The position numbers and the translations under genes are program-made. The notes under the pieces are model-generated. The model was not told the DNA's origin, ran no database searches, and saw only the letters and a program-made list of their open reading frames with translations. A stretch of 42,800 nt of DNA from an uncultured Thermoanaerobaculia bacterium (lineage in GTDB: Bacteria > Acidobacteriota > Thermoanaerobaculia > Multivoradales > DATKCC01): contig CAZIIB010000001.1 of the NCBI GenBank assembly GCA_964539125.1, positions 1 to 42,800 of the forward strand, given 5' to 3'. Shown piece by piece: positions 25,196-34,436 of the stretch. How positions within the stretch are numbered: the stretch's first letter is position 1; each line of letters begins with the position of its first letter.

Positions 25196-26125
25196 GTGCT
25201 CCGCTCCCTGAGGTCCGCCTACCGCCGCGGGCACCGCCTCGCGCTGCGCATCCTCGAGACCTTGGGGCTGAACGTCGCCCGCACCCGCGACTACTACTCC
25301 CCGCTGCCGGTGCGCTCGCGTCTGGAGCGCACCCGGGAGCGCTGGGACCGGCCGAGCGAGATGCCGGGCGTCGAATGGGATCTCGAGGCCATGGAGCGCC
25401 TGCTGGAGCGCCTGGTCGCCGAGCACGCGGCCGCGTACGAGGCACTCCCCCCCTACGAGGAAGCCAAGGGGCTCGGCTACGGGCCGGGCTTCACCCGCCT
25501 CGACTCGCTCTTCACCTACCTCGTGGTGCGCCATCTCCGACCCCGCCGGGTGATCGAGATCGGCTCCGGCCTGTCGACCTACTACCTGGCGCAGGCGGCG
25601 GCCGCCAACGCGAGCGACGGTGCCGGGTGCGCCATCACCTCGATCGATCCCTACTCGGGCGATCGGGTGGCCGGGCTGCCCGGCGTCGAGGTGCTCCGCC
25701 GGGAGGTCCAGGACGTGGAGCCGGCCTACTTCTCCCGCCTGGAGGCCGGCGACGTGCTGTTCATCGACTCGACTCACGTGGTCAAGATCGACGGCGACGT
25801 GCCCTTTCTCTACCTGGAGGCCCTGCCCCGGCTGGGCCGCGGGGTGGTGGTGCACAGCCACGACGTGCACTTTCCCTACAACGTGCCGTACCCGGCCCAA
25901 GAGTACGTCTTCGACGCCAAGTGGCCCATGGTCTGGACCGAGGCGATGCTGCTCCAGGCCTTCCTCGCCTGCAACCGGGAGTTCGAGATCTTCCTGGCGC
26001 CGCCCATGATCCGCCACCACGACGAGGCCTTCCTCGAGCGAACGGTGCCCGGCTACCGGCCGGTCGCGGCGGCGGACTACGACACACACTTCGGTTCGAT
26101 CTGGTACCGCCGCGTCGCGGGCTAG
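25196..26125 (+). CDS. Class I SAM-dependent methyltransferase (Methyltransf_24 / TylF-CmcI-like)
   Basis: Motif I VIEIGSGLSTYYLA; FIDSTHVVKIDGDV. I prefer the GTG at 25196, 10 nt after the epimerase stop. The track ATG at 25127 would overlap the upstream gene by 59 nt. Confidence 0.75.
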   Translation: MLRSLRSAYRRGHRLALRILETLGLNVARTRDYYSPLPVRSRLERTRERWDRPSEMPGVEWDLEAMERLLERLVAEHAAAYEALPPYEEAKGLGYGPGFTRLDSLFTYLVVRHLRPRRVIEIGSGLSTYYLAQAAAANASDGAGCAITSIDPYSGDRVAGLPGVEVLRREVQDVEPAYFSRLEAGDVLFIDSTHVVKIDGDVPFLYLEALPRLGRGVVVHSHDVHFPYNVPYPAQEYVFDAKWPMVWTEAMLLQAFLACNREFEIFLAPPMIRHHDEAFLERTVPGYRPVAAADYDTHFGSIWYRRVAG

Positions 26126-27906
26126 CCCGCCGGCCGGGGGTCGGAGAGACGGAAGCGGAGGGGCGTGGCGCGCTCTTCCGCGCCCTGGGGCAGGCCCACC
26201 TTCAGGCGGTAGAGCCAGACGGGCTCCCGGGACCACCACATGCGGTGCCGTGCGGCCGGCCGTCCCAGGGTGAGGAGGAAGACCGAGGAGCCGCCGGGTC
26301 GGGCCATCAAGAGCTCCGCCCGGGCGCCCGAGACGCGGATCGAGGCCGGCGCGGGAGGCGCCACCTCGAGGCGGAGGGTGTCGAGGCGGCGGGGCACCGC
26401 GAGGAGGAGCTCACCGGGCCGCCGCCCGCGGAGCTCGAGCCAGGACCCACCCTCCACCGGCTCGAGGTTCGTCCCCAGGGACTTGACCCAGAGGCCGTTG
26501 TGCACAACGTCCTCGTGCCCCGACGGCTTGAGGTGGTCGAGGGTGGTCTCGTAGGGGAGCAGCTCCTCCGCGACCGACGAGACGTAGCGATATCCTCCGC
26601 CGCGCGCGAACGGGTCGGCCCGAGGCGCGGTCCACACCGGCCACAAGAACGGCGCCGCCAGAGCCGCGGCCAGCAGGGCCCAGGCACCGCTGGCCCGGCG
26701 GCCCGCCAGGAACCAGAACGCCGGGTAGACCGGCAGGATGTAGCGGTTGGCCATGGAGCCGCCGCCGCCGTAGAAGTTGAACGGCCGCACGTAGAGGAAG
26801 CAGGCGGCGGTGACCGCCACCGCCACCAGCAGGGCCCACCGGCCGCGCCGAGGGCGGAAGGCGACGAAGCCGAGGAGAGCGGGCAGGAAGTAGGGCAGGA
26901 CCCCCACGTGGCGGCCTGCCAGGAAGTAGACGACGTCCCAGGCGGCGACCCGGGGGAAGAGCTCGAAGTGGAGCTTGCGGGGAGCCACCCACGAGCCGCT
27001 CCCGGTCCGCCGCGCGAGCTCGGCCGGCCAGTCGGAGACGGGGAAGTCGACCTCGGGGAACCCGGTGTAGGAGTAAAAGCCCATCCGCTCGCCGCCGTAG
27101 CTGGTCCAACGGCCATGGACCGCCAGGCTCAGGGCCACGCCGCCGGCGGCCAGGGCGAGGGCGCCGACGAGAACGCCGGTGAGGGCGGGCCGGCGCCGGG
27201 AGCGGGGCGTGGCGAGGGCGACGGGAAGGAAGAGGATGCCGTAGAACGGCCGCGAGAGGGTCACGACGGCGAGGAGGGCGCCGGCGGCGGCCCAGCGCAG
27301 GAAGGTTCGACGCGGGGAGAGCGCCGGCGGGGGCCGCGACGGATCCTCGCCTTCGGAGACGGGCGTCTCGTTGCGTTCGGCGTCTCCGTAGGCGAGGGCC
27401 AGCGCCACGGCCACGAGGTCCATGAGAAAGAGGTCCGCGTGGACCCAGAAGACGTAGGCGAAGGCCACGGAGGCGAAGAGGAAGGCGGCGACCCACAGCG
27501 GCGCGGCGGGCCCGAGCCGGCGGCGCAGGGCGAGCGCCGAAGCGATGCCCGCGAGCGCCAGGAGCAGCGCGTTGGCCACCAGCGGGCCCCGCACCGGGGC
27601 GAGGCGGACGAAGGGGGCGAGGAACAGGGGGTAGAAGGAGGGCTTGCCGAACGACAGGGAGCGCCCCCGGTCGCCGGTCTGGAGGATCAACCCTTCGGGG
27701 ACCCGGTGCCAGAGGGCGACGAACCGCCGGTAGTCCTCTCCCGAGTAGGCGAAGTCCCGGTCCCAGGCCAGGCTCTGAGCCTCCATCAGGTAGGTGGCCT
27801 CGTCGCCCACCAGCCCCGGCCACTGCCGGCGGTCGAAGGTGGCGGCCGCCGCGAGAGTCGCCGCGAGCAGCACGATCAGGACGCTCCAGGAAACGCGGGC
27901 ACGCAT
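26122..27906 (-). CDS. GT-C-like polytopic membrane glycosyltransferase (divergent ArnT/GT39-like) with C-terminal soluble domain
   Basis: The internal ATG at 27906 gives MRARVSWSVLIVLLAATLAAAA. First-loop acidic motif LVGDEATYLMEAQSLAWDRD. At least 10 TM segments and a ~150-aa non-membrane C-terminus. The track's 62-aa N-terminal extension runs through the REP-like element. Confidence 0.65.
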   Translation of the reverse strand: MRARVSWSVLIVLLAATLAAAATFDRRQWPGLVGDEATYLMEAQSLAWDRDFAYSGEDYRRFVALWHRVPEGLILQTGDRGRSLSFGKPSFYPLFLAPFVRLAPVRGPLVANALLLALAGIASALALRRRLGPAAPLWVAAFLFASVAFAYVFWVHADLFLMDLVAVALALAYGDAERNETPVSEGEDPSRPPPALSPRRTFLRWAAAGALLAVVTLSRPFYGILFLPVALATPRSRRRPALTGVLVGALALAAGGVALSLAVHGRWTSYGGERMGFYSYTGFPEVDFPVSDWPAELARRTGSGSWVAPRKLHFELFPRVAAWDVVYFLAGRHVGVLPYFLPALLGFVAFRPRRGRWALLVAVAVTAACFLYVRPFNFYGGGGSMANRYILPVYPAFWFLAGRRASGAWALLAAALAAPFLWPVWTAPRADPFARGGGYRYVSSVAEELLPYETTLDHLKPSGHEDVVHNGLWVKSLGTNLEPVEGGSWLELRGRRPGELLLAVPRRLDTLRLEVAPPAPASIRVSGARAELLMARPGGSSVFLLTLGRPAARHRMWWSREPVWLYRLKVGLPQGAEERATPLRFRLSDPRPAG

Positions 27907-27986
27907 CGGGAGGATTCTCTCAGAGCCCCGGAGAAAACCAGCGCGCACTACGCAGTGTCCGGCGACGGTGTTCCCTCTGGATGGGG

Positions 27987-28052
27987 GCGTCCCTCTCCCC
28001 CCAGGAGGGGATGGAGAGGGACCGAGGGTGAGGGAGGTGATCCGCCTGATCC
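27987..28052 (+). repeat. REP-like palindromic intergenic element, copy B
   Basis: Hairpin TCCCTCTCCCCCC-AGGA-GGGG(AT)GGAGAGGGA (27990-28021) followed by CCGAGGGTGAGGG. Same architecture and flanks as copy A. Lies between two minus-strand genes. Confidence 0.6.
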
Positions 28053-28170
28053 ACCGGTCCGCAGACACCACGCTGGCGAAGGTCGTCTCCAACGCCTGCC
28101 GTGGTCGGGGGGAGCGGCCGGCGAAGTCGATGCCCAGTGATGCTCCGCGCAGGATTTTGGCGGAGGTTCT

Positions 28171-28932
28171 TCAAAGTTGCCGGTGGAGCCAGTCCAGGTT
28201 CGAGCGCTTGTACCAGTGCCAGGAGCGCGCGCGGCCGAGGGCCAGGAGCTCGGGCACGGTGACGAAGCGGTACCGGGAGCCCAGCTCCTCCAGCAGGCGA
28301 GCCACCGCCTCGATCACCGGCTCGCGGTCCCGGTGCGCTTCGGCGTCGGTGTCGTAGAGGGCGTCGTGGAGCACGACCACGCTCCCCGGCCGGATCCGGG
28401 ACCGCATCCGGTCGAGGAGGGTGTCGGCGTCGTCGCCCCGCCAGTCCTCGGCCATCACGTCCCAGGCCACGACCCGGAAGCCCAGGCGCCGGGCGTCGAG
28501 ATAGCTGCCCGGGCTCTGATGCCCCCACGGCGGCCGGAACAGCCGGCAGGCTCCGGGCGGCAGGGCCTCCTGGCACCAGCGGAGCTGCAGGCGTCGCCAG
28601 TGGCTCTTGAGCAGGGGCATCGAGACGTGGCCCCAGGTGTGGTTGCCGATCGCGTGCCCTTCGCGCGCCACCCGCTCGGCCAGCGTCCGGTGGCGAACGG
28701 CGGCCTTGCCGACCATGAAGAAGGTCGCGCGAGCCCGGGAGTGGGCGAGGATCTCGAGCAGGCGGGGAGTGGCCTGCGGGTTCGGACCGTCGTCGAAGGT
28801 CAGGGCGACCGCCGGTTCCTCGGTGTCGACCCGGATCAGGGTACCGACCCCGCGAGCGCTGGCGGCCACCCAGTCCTTGACCCGCTCGCGGGCGGGAGCG
28901 CCCTTCGCGAGCCAGCGGGGGAGCGGGCTCAT
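28171..28932 (-). CDS. Polysaccharide deacetylase (CE4 / NodB homology domain)
   Basis: NodB motifs ALTFDDGP and GNHTWGH. I prefer the ATG at 28932, with GGGGGAG 6 nt upstream, over the track start at 29052. Confidence 0.85.
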   Translation of the reverse strand: MSPLPRWLAKGAPARERVKDWVAASARGVGTLIRVDTEEPAVALTFDDGPNPQATPRLLEILAHSRARATFFMVGKAAVRHRTLAERVAREGHAIGNHTWGHVSMPLLKSHWRRLQLRWCQEALPPGACRLFRPPWGHQSPGSYLDARRLGFRVVAWDVMAEDWRGDDADTLLDRMRSRIRPGSVVVLHDALYDTDAEAHRDREPVIEAVARLLEELGSRYRFVTVPELLALGRARSWHWYKRSNLDWLHRQL

Positions 28933-29072
28933 GGTCGCTCCCCCGCGATGCTCGAGCGGCCTGGACTGGGCGGGTTCGCAGTTCCCATCGCGGCTCTCGG
29001 GGGGAAAGGCGACGGTAGCACAGGCGCCGCCGGTTGTCCCTGCCCGCCCCATGGAATAGCCTTGCGGCGCCC

Positions 29073-29963
29073 ATGTCGGAGCCTTCCTCCCCGCCCGCTC
29101 TCGCGTTGAGCGTCGTCGTGCCCTGCCGCAACGCCGCCGGCACCCTGGGCGAGGCTCTCGAGGCCTTGGCCGCCCAGAGCTGGGACGGCCCCTGGGAGGT
29201 GATCGTCGCCGACAACGGCTCGACCGACGGCTCGCGACGCCTCGCCGAATCGTTCCGGGAGCGGCTGCCCTCCCTGCGGGTCGTCGACGCCTCCGGCCGC
29301 CGCGGGCCGGCGCACGCCCGCAACCGGGGCGCGGCCGAAGCGGTGGGCGACGCCCTCCTCTTCACCGACGCCGACGACCGTGTGGGCGGGGGCTGGCTCC
29401 AGGCCATGGGCCGGGCGCTGGGCCGCCAGGAGCTCGTCGCCGCGAGCTACGACGCCGAGGCCCTCAACCCGCCCGCGGTGGTGCGCGCCCGGGGCAACCC
29501 CCAGCGAGACGCTCCCATGGCGTATACCTACCCCCCGTTTCTCCCCCACGCCGGGGGGAGCAGCCTGGGGGTGCGCCGGGCGCTCCACGAGGCGGTGGGC
29601 GGTTTCGACGAGGAGCTGCCGGCGCTCGAGGACACCGACTACTGCTGGCGCATCCAGCTCCGGGGCGTGCCCCTCGCTTTCGTCTCCGACGCCGTGGTCC
29701 ACATCCGCTACCGCGGCGATGCCGGCGGCCTTTTCCGCCAGAGCTTCACCTTCGGGATCTACAACGTCCTCCTGTACCGGCGCTACCGCCCGGAGGGCAT
29801 GCCCCGGCTCTCTCTCGCGGCCGGCTTGGCGCGCTGGGGCAAGCTCCTGCTGACCCTGCCGGTGGTCGCCCGTCCGTCCCGGCGGCAGGCCTGGCTCGGC
29901 CAGCTCGGCTGGCGCCTGGGGCGCCTCTGGGGTTGCCTGCGCTTCCGCGTGATGGCTCTCTGA
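29073..29963 (+). CDS. Glycosyltransferase family 2
   Basis: LSVVVPCRNAAGTLGEALEAL, VIVADNGSTDGS, FTDADD (DxD). I prefer the ATG at 29073; the track start is 29034. Confidence 0.85.
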   Translation: MSEPSSPPALALSVVVPCRNAAGTLGEALEALAAQSWDGPWEVIVADNGSTDGSRRLAESFRERLPSLRVVDASGRRGPAHARNRGAAEAVGDALLFTDADDRVGGGWLQAMGRALGRQELVAASYDAEALNPPAVVRARGNPQRDAPMAYTYPPFLPHAGGSSLGVRRALHEAVGGFDEELPALEDTDYCWRIQLRGVPLAFVSDAVVHIRYRGDAGGLFRQSFTFGIYNVLLYRRYRPEGMPRLSLAAGLARWGKLLLTLPVVARPSRRQAWLGQLGWRLGRLWGCLRFRVMAL

Positions 29964-30635
29964 TCACCCGCCGCGCCGGTACATCGCGACCAGCCAGACG
30001 CCGCGGCGAGTGGCCACGCGCACCTCGTCGCTCCCCGGGAGCTCCCGGGCCAGGAGGCGGGCCAGGCCCCGTGTGCGGCCGGTGAGGAACATGGAGACGA
30101 CGAGGAGGCCCCCGGGCCCGAGGGAGGCCGAGGCCCTTCGGACGAGCTCCAGGGGCTCCCGCATGTAGTAGAGGCACTCGTTGAGCACCACGGCGTCGAA
30201 GCGGCCCAGGAGCGGCCAGCTCTCGGCGTCGGCCACGGCGAAGGAGGTGCCGGCGACGGCTCGGCGGCGAGCGGCGGCCACCGCCGTCTCGGAGAGGTCG
30301 AGCCCCAGGTAGCGCCGGTACCCGTCCGGACGGAGGTGGTCGGCCAGCACCCCCTCGCCGCAGCCCACGTCGAGCACCTTCCCCCCGGGTACCAGGCGGC
30401 GGATCGCGCCGGCCACCACGCCGTAGCGTGCGAGCTCGCCGGGCCCCTCGAGGAAGCGCCAGGTCCCGGCCCGGTATTGATCCTCCCACGCTCGCCGGGT
30501 CAGGGGCACGTCGCCTCGGCCGCTCCGGAGCTCGACGGAACGGAGCCACCGCTCCAGGGCGCCGGAGCCGGGGAAACGGCGGCCGAGGAGCCTGCGGTAG
30601 TAGAGCTCGAGGAAGATCCGGAGGAGCTTGCGCAA
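29964..30635 (-). CDS. Class I SAM-dependent methyltransferase
   Basis: Motif I KVLDVGCGEGVLADHL; post-I LGLDLS. TTG start with no obvious SD, so the start is uncertain. Its stop abuts the GT2 stop in the palindrome TGATCA. Confidence 0.75.
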   Translation of the reverse strand: MRKLLRIFLELYYRRLLGRRFPGSGALERWLRSVELRSGRGDVPLTRRAWEDQYRAGTWRFLEGPGELARYGVVAGAIRRLVPGGKVLDVGCGEGVLADHLRPDGYRRYLGLDLSETAVAAARRRAVAGTSFAVADAESWPLLGRFDAVVLNECLYYMREPLELVRRASASLGPGGLLVVSMFLTGRTRGLARLLARELPGSDEVRVATRRGVWLVAMYRRGG

Positions 30636-30736
30636 GGCGGCGGGCGTCGATGGGCGGGGTCGGTTCGCTAACCTCCTGAGAAGTCTAGCACTTGGGAGAC
30701 GACGGGTGGGTGAGCTATAGTCTGCCGCAACCCGCC

Positions 30737-31762
30737 ATGTCCGCCAAGGTTCCCTTTGCCGTCGTCGGCTGCGGCGCCGTCGCCACCAGTCACTACCTGC
30801 CGGCGCTCGCCGGTAGCCGGCGAGCGGAGACCGCCCTGGTGGTGGACCGCGACGCGGGGCGCGCCCGAGCGGCCGCCGAGCGGTGGAGGGTTCCGGAGAT
30901 GGCCACGGACCCCGCCGAGATTCCGGGACGGGCGGAGGTGGCCGTTCTGGCGCTGCCCAACCACCTTCACGCGCCCGTGGCGGTGGAGCTGCTGCGCGCC
31001 GGCGTCCACGTGCTGGTGGAGAAGCCCATGGCCCTCTCCACGGCCGAGTGCGACGCCATGATCGAGGCGGCAGAGGCCGGAGGCGCCCTCCTGACGGTTG
31101 GGCTGCAGTTCCGCTTCTTCGACTCCACCCGGCTCATGGGCGACCTCCTGGCCGGCGATCTGCTGGGCCGTGTAGAGCGCTTCGAGATGCGCCTGGGCGT
31201 GGTCTCGAGCTGGCCGTTCACCACCGACTTCATGCTGCACCGGGAGACGGCGGGAGGCGGCGTGCTGGTGGACTACGGTGTGCACGTCCTCGACCTGTTG
31301 CTCCTCTGGCTGGGCGAGTGGGGAGAGGTCCGCTACCGGGACGACGCCATGGGCGGCGTGGAGTCCGATTGCGAGATCGAGCTCGCCTTCGCCTCCGGCA
31401 TCTCCGGGAGCATAGAGATCAGCCGCACCCGGAACCTCCGCAACACCTGCTCGTTTCTGGGCGATGGAGCGCGCCTCGAGGTCGGCATCTGGGACCCCGA
31501 TCCGCCGATCACCCTCGAGCTCGACGGCGCGGAGGTGGTGCTCTCGGGTCGGGCGCGCCGGCAGGGGCAGGCGGGGCTCGACTTCCTGGGCGCGTTCCGG
31601 CGCCAGATCGACGACCTGGCCCGGGCGCTCGGCGAGGAGCGCGAGCCGTTCGTCACCGGCCGGGACGGCCGGCGATCCATCGCCCTGATCGAGGCGTGCT
31701 ACGCCGCCCGCGAGCCCCTCGTCTTTCCCTGGGTGCAACCGGCCGCCGCGGCCGCGGGGTGA
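30737..31762 (+). CDS. Gfo/Idh/MocA family sugar oxidoreductase
   Basis: Rossmann FAVVGCGAVATSHYLPAL and the EKP motif VLVEKPMALS. I prefer the ATG at 30737; the track start is 30692. Confidence 0.85.
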   Translation: MSAKVPFAVVGCGAVATSHYLPALAGSRRAETALVVDRDAGRARAAAERWRVPEMATDPAEIPGRAEVAVLALPNHLHAPVAVELLRAGVHVLVEKPMALSTAECDAMIEAAEAGGALLTVGLQFRFFDSTRLMGDLLAGDLLGRVERFEMRLGVVSSWPFTTDFMLHRETAGGGVLVDYGVHVLDLLLLWLGEWGEVRYRDDAMGGVESDCEIELAFASGISGSIEISRTRNLRNTCSFLGDGARLEVGIWDPDPPITLELDGAEVVLSGRARRQGQAGLDFLGAFRRQIDDLARALGEEREPFVTGRDGRRSIALIEACYAAREPLVFPWVQPAAAAAG

Positions 31763-31764
31763 GC

Positions 31765-32964
31765 ATGGATCTGCGGGCGGCGGGCGAGGCGCTCGAGGGC
31801 CGTCGGGTCCTGGTGACCGGCGCCGGCGGGTTCATCGGCGGCCGGCTGGTGGAGCGCCTGGTGCTCGAGTGCGGCGCGCGGGTGCGCGGCCAGGTCCGCC
31901 GCGTCGCCGGCGCCGTCCGCTTGGCCCGCTTTCCCCTCGAGATCGTCCGGGGCGACGTCACGGACCGAGAGGCTCTGGCAGCCGCCGTCGCGGGTTGCGA
32001 CGTGGTGTTCCACTGCGCCTACGGCACGCGGGGTGGCCGGCGGGCGCGAGCGCGGGTGAACCGGGAGGGGACGCGCCGGCTTCTCGAGGCGGCGGCGACG
32101 GCCGGCGTGGCGCGCGTTGTCCACCTGTCGACCCTCATGGTCTACGGCCGCACGGCGGACGGCGACCTCACCGAGGAGGCGCCCCGGCGCCGCCTGGGCG
32201 AGGTCTACGCCGACAGCAAGCGGCAGGCCGAGCGGATCGCCCTCGGCTTCGCGCGGGCCGGGCGGGTGCCGGTCGCGGTGCTCCAGCCGACGGCGGTCTA
32301 CGGGCCCTACGGCGGGGTCTGGACCGAGCGCGTCCTGGCGTCGCTCCGGACCGGGAGGGTGGTCCTGGTGGACGAGGGCCGGGGCCTCGCCAACCACGTC
32401 TACGTCGACGACCTGGTGAGCGCCATGCTGCTGGCCGCGGTCGAGCCGGCGGCGGTGGGCGAGGCGTTCCTGATCTCGAGTGCGGAGCCCGCCACCTGGC
32501 GGGAGTTCTACGGCCGGTTCGAACAGATGCTCGGTGCCTCCCGGACGGTGGCGATGAGCGCCGCCGAGGCACGGGAGGCGTGGCGCCGGCACCGCCGCGC
32601 CCGCCCCTGGGCCTTGCCCGAGCTCGCCTCGGCGGTGCTCGCCGATCGGGAGCTCCGCGAGCGGCTCTTCGCGACCCGCGAGCTGGTGGCGCTGCGCGAG
32701 CTGGCGAGCAACCTCCTGCCCGAAACCCGGCAGCAGCGGATCAAGGACCGGTTGAGCGGCGCCGGCGGAGACGAGGCGCGCGGGGCCTCCGATGAGCTGC
32801 CGATCCATCCCGTCAGCCCGCAGGGCATCGACTTCTTCCTCGCCCGCACCCGAGTGCGCATCGACAAGGCCCGGGAGCGTCTCGGCTACCGGCCGGCCTG
32901 GGACCTGGGCGCCGGCATGGAGCTCACCGAACGCTGGGCGCGGTGGGCGGGCCTGCTGCCGTGA
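31765..32964 (+). CDS. NAD-dependent epimerase/dehydratase (extended SDR) with ~90-aa C-terminal extension
   Basis: The internal ATG at 31765 is 2 nt after the upstream stop. VLVTGAGGFIGGRLVERL; YADSK. The track's 693-aa ORF N-terminus is an overlapping out-of-frame artefact. Confidence 0.85.
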   Translation: MDLRAAGEALEGRRVLVTGAGGFIGGRLVERLVLECGARVRGQVRRVAGAVRLARFPLEIVRGDVTDREALAAAVAGCDVVFHCAYGTRGGRRARARVNREGTRRLLEAAATAGVARVVHLSTLMVYGRTADGDLTEEAPRRRLGEVYADSKRQAERIALGFARAGRVPVAVLQPTAVYGPYGGVWTERVLASLRTGRVVLVDEGRGLANHVYVDDLVSAMLLAAVEPAAVGEAFLISSAEPATWREFYGRFEQMLGASRTVAMSAAEAREAWRRHRRARPWALPELASAVLADRELRERLFATRELVALRELASNLLPETRQQRIKDRLSGAGGDEARGASDELPIHPVSPQGIDFFLARTRVRIDKARERLGYRPAWDLGAGMELTERWARWAGLLP

Positions 32965-34379
32965 GCGGCTCCGAGGTCGCCACCGACCCGTCGACCCCCC
33001 GGCGCTTCCTCGCGTCGTCGCTGGCGAGCTACTGGAGCCTCGGCGTCCGGCTGCTGGTCGGCCTCGGGGCGCGGAGCGTCCTGGCACACCTGATCATCCC
33101 CGATGACTACGGGCTCTACGACCTGGCGCTGCGCATCGTCACCATCGCCGGGGCGGTGCGGGACCTGGGGCTGATCTTCCATCTGATCCGGGACGAGCGC
33201 CGGCCCTACGGCACCGTGCTCGGCTTCAGCTGCTTCTCCGGGGTGCTGGTCACGCTCGCCCTGGTGATCGGGGCCCCGCTGGCGGGCGTGCTGGATCCCC
33301 GGCTCCCGGCGGTCCTGCGGGTCTTCGCCTTCTGGGTGCTGCTCGACGGCCTCGCGGGTGTCCCGAGGACGTTCTTCGAGCGGGAGCTGCGCATCGGGCG
33401 CCTGGTCGTTCCCGAGATCGCCCGCGGGCTGCTGATGGCGATGGTCGCGATCGGCCTCGCCTGGGCGGGCGCGGGGGTCTGGAGCCTGCTCGCCGGCGAC
33501 CTTGCGGCCTCCGCCCTGTTCGCCGCCCTGATCTGGCGCCGCGCCTGGGGCAAGGTGCCGCTGCGCTTCGAGCCGGCCCTCCTCGGGAGCCTGCTGCGCC
33601 AGAGCCTCGGCCTGTTCTTCATCTGGATCACCTTCCAGCTCGTCACCTACATCGACGTCTTCATCGTCGAGCTGCAGGTGAACACCGCCATGGTGGGCCA
33701 GTACGCGCGCGCCTACATGCTGGCCTTCCTGGTGCGCCAGGTGGTGTTCCCCCGGGCCCTGGTGCCGGCCCTCGTGGAGTACCGCTTCGACCGCGAGCGC
33801 TTCCGCGCCGCGTTCCGGGTCACCATCGTCTTCCTCATGTCGTTCGAGGTGACGGCCGGCTATTTCCTCTTCCTGAACGCCGAGACCGTGGTGAACCTGG
33901 TTCTGGGGCCGCAGTGGGGGCCGGCCGTCGGCCTGCTCAAGATCCTCTGCTTCGTGCCCTTCCTCGACGTCTTCTCGGAGCTGGGCGGCGAAGTACTCAA
34001 GGTCCGGCGCGAGGACCGCTTGTGGCTCGTGATCATGGTCCTCAACCTGGCCTCGCTGCTGGCGTTCGGAGTGCTCTTCACCCGGCGTTGGGGAGCGCCG
34101 GGAATGGCGGTGGCGAACTTCTTCCTGCTCGGCAACGCCCTGATGGCGTGGAGGATGGCGCGGATCTTCGCCGGCGGCTTCGCCCGCCTCCTGGGCGACA
34201 TGGCGCTCATCTACGTGGTGCCGCTGCCGCTGTTCGCCGCCGCCGCCCTCCTCCCCGCAGCGGGCTGGTGGCGCCTGGTGGCCTCGGTGCTCGCCGCCCT
34301 CGGTGCCCTGGCGCTTCTCGCCTGGCGCTTCTGGACGCCCACCAAGAGCTTCCTCCAGGGGCGCTCGGCCGACGGCTGA
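32943..34379 (+). CDS. MOP-superfamily polysaccharide flippase (Wzx-like)
   Basis: 478 aa with about 12-14 TM segments and the usual Wzx/PST layout. An alternative GTG start at 32961 would give a GTGA overlap with the upstream stop. Confidence 0.75.
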   Translation: MGGPAAVSGSEVATDPSTPRRFLASSLASYWSLGVRLLVGLGARSVLAHLIIPDDYGLYDLALRIVTIAGAVRDLGLIFHLIRDERRPYGTVLGFSCFSGVLVTLALVIGAPLAGVLDPRLPAVLRVFAFWVLLDGLAGVPRTFFERELRIGRLVVPEIARGLLMAMVAIGLAWAGAGVWSLLAGDLAASALFAALIWRRAWGKVPLRFEPALLGSLLRQSLGLFFIWITFQLVTYIDVFIVELQVNTAMVGQYARAYMLAFLVRQVVFPRALVPALVEYRFDRERFRAAFRVTIVFLMSFEVTAGYFLFLNAETVVNLVLGPQWGPAVGLLKILCFVPFLDVFSELGGEVLKVRREDRLWLVIMVLNLASLLAFGVLFTRRWGAPGMAVANFFLLGNALMAWRMARIFAGGFARLLGDMALIYVVPLPLFAAAALLPAAGWWRLVASVLAALGALALLAWRFWTPTKSFLQGRSADG

Positions 34380-34385
34380 GACAGG

Positions 34386-34413
34386 ACGGGCCAGCGCTCG
34401 AGCGCTGGCCCGT
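34386..34413. terminator. Bidirectional intrinsic terminator candidate (perfect 28-nt palindrome) between convergent genes
   Basis: ACGGGCCAGCGCTC|GAGCGCTGGCCCGT followed by TTTCGG. It sits between the flippase stop (34379) and the orphan secreted-protein stop (34437). Confidence 0.65.
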
Positions 34414-34436
34414 TTCGGTCGTTCCCTGCCGCCGAT

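Noticed and set aside
27907-28092. 62-aa N-terminal extension of the 656-aa track ORF
   Set aside because: The extension reads straight through the REP-like hairpin and has no signal or TM character. The internal ATG at 27906 gives a proper N-terminal TM helix.
25375-28140. 921-aa + strand ORF across the methyltransferase 3' end and antisense to the GT-C gene
   Set aside because: It is a charged, low-complexity (E/G/R/P) translation with no TM segments or motifs. The minus strand encodes a coherent polytopic membrane protein.
30883-31764. N-terminal 294 aa of the 693-aa track ORF
   Set aside because: This is an alternate frame of the Gfo/Idh/MocA gene with an Arg/Gly/Pro-rich translation. 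The SDR begins at ATG 31765, 2 nt after the upstream stop, with its GxxGxxG motif near the N-terminus.
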